Source: Selaginella moellendorffii (taxonomy: Eukaryota > Plantae > Lycopodiophyta). Taken from it: a stretch of DNA of 64,000 nt. Shown here one piece after another: positions 26,901-38,252 of this stretch. The position numbers and the translations under genes were made by a program. Position 1 is the first letter of the stretch. Each line of letters begins with the position of its first letter. Where the stretch lies: contig NW_003314265.1 in assembly GCF_000143415.4 (NCBI RefSeq), forward strand, positions 2,311,181-2,375,180. The letters run 5' to 3'. The notes under the pieces were generated by a model that searched no databases, was not told where the DNA came from, and saw only the letters and a list, made by a program, of their open reading frames with translations.

Positions 26901-29900
26901 AGGAACTCTGTCCCTTAGCTTGTTAAGGCCCCCCTTTTTGCAAGCTTTCCAATTACCATATAGTCTAACATGGACAATTCCATATTTTAGACTCTCCATG
27001 GCATCACGGTTGCTAGTGGCAACACCCTCGAGCCCCCACTTGATTCTCCACTCCCAGCTGGCATAACCAACCTTGGTTATGCCCTTCGATTCCTATGGTT
27101 CGGTTCTATCCCCTTACTTCTTGCTTTTTGCTTCACACCTTTCCTTCGGTCATTCTCCTCCAGACCAGGAGGATAGCTTTGCACTTTCTATCATGCCTTA
27201 GCAAGTATTCTTAGGGATGAACCTACCCGATAGCCTAGGGAGTGGTTCCTCAATCCACGTATGCTCACCCTATAATCCCACACACCAGGATTTCGTTGTT
27301 ATTTATGGGCCTTTGCATGCCCATCGCTAGCCTTGCCAAAATTCCATTTTTGGCTTTGTCCAATTCGAGTAGATAGTCTTCTCCTGTCTCCACCACTTTG
27401 GACATTTGGATAGCACCTACTATCCATCATTCGCTAGGGACTTAGTCCCTTGGGCCTTATCTACTGCCCTCGCGACATCAAACACCACCTCCTGGTGTTC
27501 TAGAGTGTTCGGGTGTCCCAATGACGGCTTCCTTGACAATGAGTATTTCCTTTTATGATATTGACTTACTATATCACAACATAAGCAACTTATCCCCCGT
27601 AAGGGTATATCCAACTTCCCTATGCCATTAAGAAAGCTTGGGTAGCTACCTTCTACCTGTTTAACCAATTATTTTGCACCTCTTGCTTAGTTGCCTCGTA
27701 GTTGTCAAGTCCTACAACTCATTGCTGGTGCTTCCACACCTCCATCATTATCTGGGTCACCACACTCTAACTGCATGCTCTGCAGCTTAGGCTATGCCAT
27801 TCCCATTTCTATTGGGATTTCTTTGACAAAGGGTTCTCATGAACCCACCAACATAGCCTCAAGGTATCACACCTTGGCACATTTGGTGTCTCCACACCAT
27901 CGGCTCTATGAGCCTACCTCTATGACATTTCATCTTTGTGTCTAAGTCTTTGCCAAGACCAATACCACTCTTTCTTATGCCAACCATCCGTTAGCACTAC
28001 ATCATAGAGGTCACACACAACTTTGTGTCAAAGTTGTTTTCTTTTTGGGAACACCTTTCCCACGACTTTAGCATGGCACATTTTGCCATCGATGAGATAC
28101 CCTCTGTTCTCATCCTTGGATCCTATGATCCCCCCCCCATCCTTTGTGGGGTACAATACACCTTAGTCCAGATGCTTCCATCAGTCCTTTTAGGACCATC
28201 CCTTGACTCTACTTGAGTCATCCAGCAGTTTTGGACTTGGTTAATCCACAGACTCGTAAGGTCCTACTTGTGAGGCACTAGCTCACTGGAATACACTTTT
28301 TGCATTCCTGTCCTACTCAAAAGGACTATTTTCACAAGTGTTACTCTGACACTTGATTTTGTTCTCTGGGGGCAACCTTTGCCCCTTAGGACTACTTGTC
28401 CATGCGATGAGAATACCAACTCATCTCTAAGTACACCCCCCAACTCCTTGGGTTGTTCCAGCATTTATTAAAGGTAGCCCCGGCTACCATTTCAAGGACT
28501 TGTGTCCTCTTCCGTATTTGACCTCCCACGGTCATTACCTCTGGTCTCACATTCATGAGCACCAACCTCAACTATATGAGGATAATCTTGTGACTCCTTT
28601 ATTGTTTTGGAGTCTACATCTTTCCCATGATCCCAACTATAGTTGTTTATCACAACTACGTTAGCCCGTTTGCTGCGTCAAATGCTCATTTTGATCACAT
28701 CCTCAGCTCTCTGAGGAGACCTTATACTGTTCCCAAGATCCCAAAGTCGTTCCATTATTGGCCCTTTTCTATCCACCACATTGTGCCCAAGTTCACACAT
28801 GAACTTGAGTGGAGAGCCATGTCCTCTCGACATGCTACTCCTCAAGGAGAGGCCCACTCCTAGGACCTTCCGATGCCAACATCAATGGTGATATACTTGA
28901 GCACCAATAAAAGTCGGACTAAGGAACAGCTCTGATACCAAATTGTAAGCGACTAAATTTTCCATTCTACTTTAGTCACTTAACCACTTGGAGGAGTCTC
29001 ATTCACAACCTCCATAAGTCCAATTCCAGACTTGGGACTTGCTAGCCCCGAGAATGGCATCCATGCCACTCAACATTTGCACTTGGTCCAAGTGCTCCAC
29101 GTGTCCGATCCCATGACCGACACTCAAAGGTACCACCGACATGGCAGCTTGTTACGCTAAGGCCATGCCCAATCACCTTTGCCACACTGGTAGTCCAATA
29201 CCACTTGCATCACAATCTTGGCTCTCCAAGACTAGGCAAACCATCCGTGAGTGGTCATCTCAGATCCACTCCTTAGCATCCTTAGGATGCCCACCGACAA
29301 GGGGAATAGCCTTCCCCAATATCCCTCTGTCAGTCCTCACTAAGTCCCTTTCTGCCCTTGGCCGTGTTTGCCAACACTGCCACTAGATCGAGGCCCACAG
29401 GCCCAACCACTAAGTCCCACGGTGTTAGGCACCAGGTCAGGATAATAGGATAAGGAAAGGGCCCTGCAATCAAGTGATCACCCCTTTAGCCAGTTGGCTT
29501 CGGGTGTAAGGGATAGGATCCTAACAATGGTATCAGAGCCTAGTTCGATTCTCGTGGCTGATGAGTGGGGCAGGAATATTCTGAAGGAATATTCAACATG
29601 GTGAATCTAGAGGGAGAACCAAGGTTTGGTAGACCCTAAGAGAAGGACCATGGTGACCAGATGGTGGCCTAAGTATGATCGCGGACGATCATTCTCTGAC
29701 GAGGGGGAGGATTGTTAGGCACCAGGTCAGGATAATAGGATAAGGAAAGGGCCCTGCAATCAAGTGATCACCCCTTTAGCCAGTTGGCTTAGGGTGTAAG
29801 GGATAGGATCCTAACACACGGTCCTCTGGGACTTCCTCACCACACGACTATGTCCTTGGTCACTGCCCCAGAGGACTGCTCCTCTTCCTTTCCACAGTCT

Positions 29901-31110
29901 GGGCCTTTGGGACAACATTTCGGAACACCGTGGCCTTACGCGAGCCACCTGGGTACTCTCCCCGCCTTCCGCCCTTGGGTGCTCTAGCCATGGGCTTCGA
30001 GCGAGGTTCCGTTGAGCCACGCCTGGTATCCAAGTAGGTAGTGCCACCCACACTTGGACTGGGAGCATCGGCCAGTCGATCTCCCGGGGGAACTAGAGCC
30101 GGCTCTTGAACACTTCACCAAGCTACCCAGCTTGTCGGTCCGTGTTCACTCTAGTTTTGGACTTCCTAGTGGTCAGCTCATCACCTAACACTAGGTCTGG
30201 CCTGCCTGGGCCAAACTGGCTTTTCCTGGCCAAACTGGCCTTTCCTGGCCAAACTGGCTCCACTGGGCTCCAACCCCCACACTCTCCCTACTATACTTTT
30301 GGAACCCCCTACAGCCCCCCCCCCCCCCCCCCCCCGCGGCCCCCCTTGGGGGACAATCGCTTTGGGCTTTCACCCAACTGCCTGTATTAGTATTCCGACT
30401 CGGACTCGGACTCGGACTCGGTCTCGGTCTCGGTCCCGGATTGGGACTCGGACTCGGTCTCGGTCTAGGTCTCGGTCTCAGTCTCGGTCCCAGTCCCGGT
30501 CTCGGTTTCATCTCGGACTCCATCTCGGACTCCACCTCGGGTCCATCTCGGACTCCACCTCGGGTCCATCTCGGACTCCATCTCAGGTCCATCTCGGACT
30601 CCATCTTGGGTCCATCTCGGACTCCATCTCGGGTCCATCTCGAACTCCATCTCGGTCCATCTCGGACTCCATCTCGGACTCCATATCGGACTCCCTTTCG
30701 GACTCCATCTCGGACTCCATATCGGACTCCATTTCGGGTCCATCTTGGACTCCATCTCGGACTCTATATCGGACTTCACTTCGGGTCCATCTCGGACTCC
30801 ATCTCGGACTCCATATCGGACTCCATTTCGGGTCTATCTCGGACTCCATCTTGGGTCCACCTCGAACTCCATCTCGAACACTTCCACGTATCATGTGTTG
30901 GTCCTTTCGGGTCCCTTTTTAGAGCCTCGCTGATGGCTCACTTCGTGCTCATTCCTCGAGCACTTTGTTGGGAGTTCCACTCCCACTCTCGACCTTTCAA
31001 GTCGGAGCTTTTAGTCCAAACGTGTTACGCTTGTTTGGTTTTTGCTTCGACCACTACCACGTGGCGCCCTTCCAGCTCCACTTTGGGGCCTAGGGATTTT
31101 GTGTCTCACA
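23957..31110 (-). mobile_element. Non-autonomous LTR retrotransposon, family 1, copy B
   Basis: Truncated LTR 23957-24793, internal region 24794-28943, PBS (GCTCTGATACCA on +) before 28944, LTR 28944-31110 containing a TRIM. Confidence 0.9.
29423..29816 (+). mobile_element. TRIM (394 bp) inserted in an LTR
   Basis: Same family as 19507-19900; PBS TGGTATCAGAGC; TSD CACGG. Empty sites (CCCACGGTCC) are visible in the homologous LTRs at ~45 and ~5633. Confidence 0.97.
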
Positions 31111-34100
31111 ATAAACCTTTGAAGTAATGACATGGGTGTTGCTCATGGTGTTGCTCAATTGATGATCAAATCATTGTGATACTTATATCATATCCATGTG
31201 ATAGTGAGCAATGTGTTTACGAAGTTGCTTGGTTAAACGATGATCAACCCCAAAGTGGTTGACAGTGAAGCTAGTCTACTTGCACGTAGTAGCATTGTAG
31301 TAGCTTTGACTAGATTCTCGATGGTGGTCCATTATGCTAAGCTTAAGTTGGTTCCTTGTTCCTTGAGGGTTTGCCCATAAAGTGTTGGAAAAGGTTATAG
31401 CATTCTCTTGGTATAACTTGTCAGTTGATGCATTAGCACTTGGAGTAGATTGTTGGATGGAGAAAGTGTGTAGTTGAGGCATTGACATTGCTAGCACTTG
31501 TGTTAGTGGAAGTGGCATTGTTCTTCAAGTGATAAGGAATTTTCCTTAGAGCTTGATTTTCCATGTCATTTTTCTTGTTAGTGTTTTGGCTTCACATTGG
31601 ATCTTGAAGGTGGTTGAAGAAAAGTGTTAGTGCAATATGGATATTTGAAGATGTGGTCTTTGTGATCAAGCCTTGGATGTTCACTTTGCATTTTGCGGAT
31701 GTCGGAGTTGGATGTCGGAAGTATGGGCAAAGATGTTCGATGCTTAAGCATACTATGAGTCATGAGAATTTGTGTTGAGGTGAACCTATGTGAAGTTGTT
31801 AGTAGAAGGAAGTTGGTTGAGTCTTGAAAGTTTGCATTCCTAGATTGAGAGTCATTCTTTCTTTAGGATGGAAAATTTTTCCACAAATTTTCTTAGACTT
31901 TTCCAATGGCTGATCTGTTGATCACTTTGCCCAAAAACCATTCCATTTTCGTAAGCCAGTACAAACTAGTGAAGGGGTTGGAGTTGACTTTGGTTGGCTT
32001 AGACCTTAGTAAGTAGTTTGTATGATACAACCCGAAAAGGGATGCTGACTTTTAGAGCTAAGGCAATTGAGCTGGATAGATTCTGGAGTTGGTATAGAAA
32101 AGTGGCCGTTGCACTTTTCTAAGAAGGGTGACCCTTGTGCCTTTCTTTTGTAGCATTATGCTTGGTGGTAGATTGCACTTTACATTTTGTTAAGACTCTA
32201 TGAGAGTAGTGAGCTCTCACTGATCTTGACTTGGTCTTGGTGGTCCTGCGCCTTGGCTAAGGATGGTAATGTCCAACTTAGTTTTTCGAGGTTGAGATGT
32301 TGGTACCCGTACTATAGCTTTGTTTATGAGGAGGTTGTGTACCGATATGAGCTCATCTCATGGTCTTCACTTTAGTTTCGGCTGAGTGTTGATCATGCAT
32401 AGCTAGCCTCTTCAAAACATGGTCAGAGCTATTGCCTAAATGCATTAGTGAGCTTATTGCAGTTGAGTTGGATTCGAGTGGTCATTTAGTCTGTGCTTGT
32501 CCATGAACCTTTATCTTAGTCTGTGATTTACCATAGGATAGCACCACGAAGCGGAACCTAACCCTCTTTGTGCCACGTGATAGATGCCATGTGTCACATG
32601 CCACATATCCATAGGAACCCAAGGTTCAGGGCCTTGGGCCACTGAACGAAGGAACGGTGCCAAACTCCCAAGCACGAAGCCAAGGAGTGATGGAACCGAG
32701 TCACAGAGCAACTCCTGAGCATAAAGCCCAAGGAGCGAAGGGACAGAAGCCCGGAGCGACTTGGAACAGTCCTAGAGTAACCAGCATCCCAATGCCAGGA
32801 CTAGCACGCAAAATGGAGCCAAACGGAGTCTGGTGTTATTTCGGCATACTGGTGGCCTAATGCGAGGACATGGGTACTCCACCAGCTAGCATGGAATGGA
32901 ACTTGGGCTTAGACCCAAGCCAGACGCAGAACAAGGATAGGCATGCAAGTGGGAGCTAGACTATGCCTCAGGTTGGTTGGCCATGCCCGACCTACCCACT
33001 ATCACAGCCCCCCCCCCTTGAGGAACACACGCTTTGGGCTTTCACCCCAAGCCTCCTTAGTATCAGGAGTTAGTCTCTGGAACAAGCTCGAAACTTACTA
33101 AATATAGAATGGCGCTAGATTGCGAATTTGGATACGGGACAAACACCATTGTGTTTAGGCCGATCTCTACATTCCGTAGATATGCCAAATGAGCAAATCT
33201 GGACACTTTCCATAAATAGCATTTGGGACCAAAATGAGACCAACACAAAGGGCATGATAGCAAGGGTGTTTGGCAGACACAGTAAGTTATCATGTAGTGA
33301 TATTGAGGGACCAATCTCAATACGCGAGGGTTCTTGTCACTAGCAAGTGCAAGACATAACGAGACAGGAACTCCTTACCGGGCTAAGTATGCTTAGCTAA
33401 TAACACGTGAGAATTCCGTCCTTATGCTCGTCCGGTCTAAGTACACTCGAAATGCCCAGTTAACTCCACTAGCACAAGAGGGACTGATAAAGGGTCCAGA
33501 ATTACCGACCTCCTGCCATCGTGGCAGTAAAGTAAGAGTGTCCGTAAGGACTGGTTGACAGATAACTTTTGATACCCGAAGTCACATTCGCGACACTCTC
33601 CCCCCCTAGGGAAGATCGACATCCTCATCGATGCATACTCGAGTCTAGAATACCGCCAAGGAAACAACTCCAGAAAAAGTTCACGGTACTCACACTATGT
33701 GAGAAATGCACCAACTTAAATGAGTTAGGGGTAACCTCTTTGTCTAACGTGGATGCGCTACCAGCTCAGACACCTTCCGGCCGTTGCCGACAAGGAAATG
33801 ACCAACGGAGTTAGCCACCCTTGCTGCTCTGGGAGTCACCCAGCTTACAAAAGTGTGATATGCCCTGCCCGCAGAGACATAGAGAGAGGAGCCAGAGGCC
33901 CCAACCCTCATGAGCAAAGAAACCAAACCCGTCGGTAAGGTTTAGATAGACTACTGTAAACAGGCAGTTAGAGTTGTTTACACGGTCACGCCCTTTTAAC
34001 GGAATAAGGAACATTGACAGAGAGGCGAGTTATGTGACCAGTCGATAGTAGCTACCCCATGACTAAAGATTTCAACATGCACACGAAGTGCCGAAGCCAG

Positions 34101-35415
34101 TCTGCCTATACTGGCAAAAACTCAAAGATCAATACATGGACAATATCAAAGTCATAGACAATGATATCTTAGAGACTTAATTATCAGTGATTAAATCTTA
34201 TATTAGAACACAAAAGTATTCCAAGTAAGGTATCATCTGATAAACTAGTAGTATAGTACAGAACCACTAAGATCATTATTTTTGGTAAACATAGGAATCA
34301 CCATCCAACAAAATTCAATAGTAAGTATATCATCAAGAAAACTCAATGATGAAACTTCACTATCGAAGATGGCAAACAGTATGCCAAACAACTTATTAAA
34401 GATAACTCAAAGAACACAAAGTATCATTGACTGACAAACATAATGCTCGCGAATGTATCACCTAAAGGAAATAACACCCTAATCTATCAGAACTAACTCG
34501 AGTAATAATTAACAGAATAGAATGAATGTGGTAAAACCAACAAACACCCATTCATGCCAACTATCACAGAAGCCAATCTGAATAGATCTCGGTCAACAAT
34601 ACCAAGGAACTAGAGTTGCTCAAGCAAGTGTTAGCAACATCCTACTGATGTTTCAAACCCAAAAGACCAATCCAAAGCAAACCACAAAGAACATGTGGTA
34701 ATGCAAAAAGCCATAAGCTATCAAAGAGAATAATTAACTATCATGAAAAATCATCAATCATCCCATCAATACAGTGATGCATAATCATTGTCGAAGAAAG
34801 AATCTACCATCCCGAAGAATGATAAATCATTCTATATCAACAATAATCAAACAAAACCTTTTTGACAAGAATAATCAACTATCCTAAACAATAGTCAACC
34901 ATCACCAATGATTGCCAAATGCAAAAGCTAACTTCAATATCGAAGCTAATGAGCCAAAATGCCTTCCCCAACAAAGCTCTATTTCGTTAAAGTGGGAATT
35001 GTCATTATCCCACTTGTAAAATAAAGTTTCCAAACCTTTATATAGTATATAAATATAACAAAATTCAACTGCATTGAGGCACATGCCATTTTATTTTAAA
35101 CAAGGAAATGTCTACTCAATCACTTCTCCTCCCCCTGCCACTGCTTCACCTCTCTCTTCTCCTTGTCATCGTCGTCCAATTTCTTTCCATCCTTTTAATA
35201 TTGGCTCAGTTGCTCCGAGTCTAGGTGGAGCCCAAGTCCCCATTCAATCTTTACTTTCCCCTTATTAATAAAACAACTTCGTAGACTTCCAATAACATGC
35301 TGTAACACTTCTAGTATAATGCAAATCCTCTCAAAGAATTGTCTTTTAATATTAATACAATGGCATGGAACCCCATGCCATAATAAATTACATTTTTAAA
35401 TAAATACATGCCATC

Positions 35416-36299
35416 TCAGACTGTTATTTTTTGCCTCCAATGCCTATACAATAATCTTGGAATTTCATCACTCTCCACACTATCAGGATTTAAACCCAAT
35501 AGTAATGCCATCTCTTCTCTAATACGTCCACGCTCATGTTCAATGGTCGAAGAACCCATCTGGTTGAGCAGATTATGGAGATGCGGATAGTGCTTGGCTA
35601 GACAATATACATGCCATAAATGATGACTGGTGTCTGTCCGATCAAATGGCTTCTGATATACCGTTCCATCTGCCATTTGGTTGATTTCTGCAGCCACCTC
35701 CTGGACTGGCCGGTTCTCTATCACCATCGCTTCAAGCCGTTTTGCAAGGTCCCCCAGAACATACGGTTTCTTCTCCCTAGTTTCCATACTGCAAGAGATG
35801 GGGTGCACTGCATATGTGTGCGTGTTCGCTGCAGTTTTAATCGGCGAGTCATCGATGATGAGGATTTCACTTGACCTAGCAGTCTGGTTCATCACTACAG
35901 CCTCTGGCTTGACGAAGAAGGGCTTGCTACCCCTCACATGGACCATAGTCAAGCAATCCTCCTGTGTTAGGAGAAAGTCAAATGGTAATATTACTCGCAT
36001 CTGATCGTGCATCATCTGTAGCAACGTTAATGCATTGTGGCGCATCATGGATGTCCAACTCCCAATTGCAAATTGAACCCGGCCCTCTGTTTTAAGTGTC
36101 GCATGGTCATTATTAGATCCCGCAGTTTCTCCCGTGTGATTAATGTGAATCTGTCTCTTTTGACCAACTTGCGACCGCAGGCTTTGGAGGGTGCAGTGAC
36201 ATTCGAGGACGAGCCACGCTCATGGGAGAAAAGGACACTGTTCAGATCAAAAACGATACAGTACTTTCGCCGTGACTCTGAAATGAAATGCGTCAGCAT
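35416..36299 (-). pseudogene. FCP1/SCP (NIF) family HAD phosphatase-like domain, transposon cargo
   Basis: KYCIVFDLNSVLF (motif I, DLNxxL type). Restoring a 1-nt deletion at ~36056 gives GVWTS. ILIIDDSPIK..N...VHP matches motif IV. Confidence 0.75.
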
Positions 36300-38183
36300 A
36301 AAAAATGGTACAAGTCAATTTTACCATCTACAATATTAGCGAATGGTGCTCCCGATGGTCGTTCAGAGGGTTTTGGTCGAGGAAACGTGAAGGGCGGAAA
36401 TACTCTCCTCTGCAATGTGGGGTCAATCGCATCCGATGGCGTGTGGGCACATGCCATTTCAGCTGTAGACTCTGGTACAACTGGCTCAACAGTGGCATGG
36501 GGTGGTTCCGATGGCATGTGATCACACGCCATTTCAGCTGGTGCCTCCGTTGGCAAAGTGGACATGACCGAACAGGCAGCAGGGGCGGTGTAGGGAGGTT
36601 CCAACGGCGCGTAGTCAGACGATTGGGCACACGTTGAGTCTGTTGGAAATGAGGATACGACCGGCTCGGCGGCTGGGGCGGCCTCATGCGGGTCCAATGG
36701 CGCCTGGTCACCGTTAGTTGGATACGTGGACAAGATTGACTCAGTGGTATGGGCAGCATCAAGTGGAGCGTGGTCAGTTTGCTTGGCGTTGATATGGATA
36801 GTAGCCTCCACCAGCTCTGATGACTCTTGCAGGCAAGTAGAGTCCACTGGCGGATCCATATGCATGTCCAAATATCTCCCTTTGATTGAGATGGTATCCT
36901 CCCTACTGGCTACTAAAAACAAACTCATTAGCACATTGAATCGACTATACTGTATTTACCATCAACTGCTATTGAGGAACTAGGACCGATATCACTTGGG
37001 CGCACTGCTGATTCTGAAGGATTGGACATACGTTTCGACCCTTGCTTGGCACTATCCTTCCTCGACACTAAAGGCTAGAGTTTGTATCTTAATTCAACTG
37101 AATAATCTCTACTTACCATTTCTTCTACGACCTACATGGACAATGTTAGAAATGGTAAAAGGTTAGGAATGGATGTACTATTATTTACTTGATGGTTTGT
37201 CTTGTATGACCTTCCTCCGCTGCTCTTTGGCCACCTTAGGCTGGCCATCGTCGTCATCATCGTCGTCGTCGTTATTGTGATCGTCACCATTGTGAGGACC
37301 ATCCAAGTCCTCTTCATCCTCCTCTTCTTCGTCCTCTTCTTCTTTGTCCTCCTCTTCGTCCTTCTGCTCTTCCTGCTCATTATCTTTCTCTGGCTCCTCA
37401 TCCCCCTCCTGCATTTCTTCCATAGGCTGCTCAGGCTAGATGGCTTGTTCTTCCAGGACCATCTTGGGAAAATCATCTGGCCGAGTCTCCATCTCAAAAT
37501 ACAAGACATCCATAGCTTGTTTTAGTGCGTGACCTAGGACCGTATCCTCACCCGACTGTCTTAACATGGTTTCTGCACGTTCTTGCACCCTTCGAAGACG
37601 ACGAGATGAGAAAAATGTGGCCCTGACTTGAAAAGCATCCCTCATCCATTGTACCTCTCCATTGAGATTGGGGAAGGGGAGTCCGCCATAGGAATCTGAG
37701 TCAGGAGGTGGTGACTGGCTGCTTTCACTCAGCCCTTGATCTGCAATGAATGGCATGAGCACACATGCCATAACCGCGAGGCATTACCTATCATCTTTTC
37801 GTTGCCCTTCTTCCTTTTTGAATCAAACGCCTCTGATCCCGACGACTGTCCAACGTGCTTTCGCTTTTTATGACCACTGTCAGTTTGAGCTTGGCTGGTA
37901 CTTGCCTGTTTTGCCTTTGAAGAAGTGTCTCCTGCAAGGAATGGCATGAGACCACACGCCATTGCAAATATAATTTGTACCTCCTTTTTTCCTATTGCTT
38001 GTCTGTTTGTCCTTCTTCGACGCGCCACCAGTGCGCTTTTCAGTCCTCGTGTCTGAATATTCACAACGATCTATAATCAAAATGGCGTGAGGCCTCACGT
38101 GACCTTACCTTGTGCAGGTTGTGAGCTCGGCCTAACATCAGTAGCTGTTAACGCTGTTTCAGCATCTGGGGGTGGCCACGCTC
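36293..38183 (-). CDS. Low-complexity linker exons (Lys-rich, acidic, Pro/Ala/Ser-rich) of the cargo gene
   Basis: Chain of short GT-AG introns on the minus strand (38184-38233, 38053-38108, 37932-37980, 37741-37787) joins open exons. Acidic E/D tract 37250-37420; Pro/Ala-rich ORF 36293-36934. Exact exon structure uncertain. Confidence 0.5.
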
Positions 38184-38252
38184 CTGCATACAGAGCTTGT
38201 GAGATAACATTTAAACTTAAAGTGCGTACTCACCAGGTTCGCAGAGAAGATA

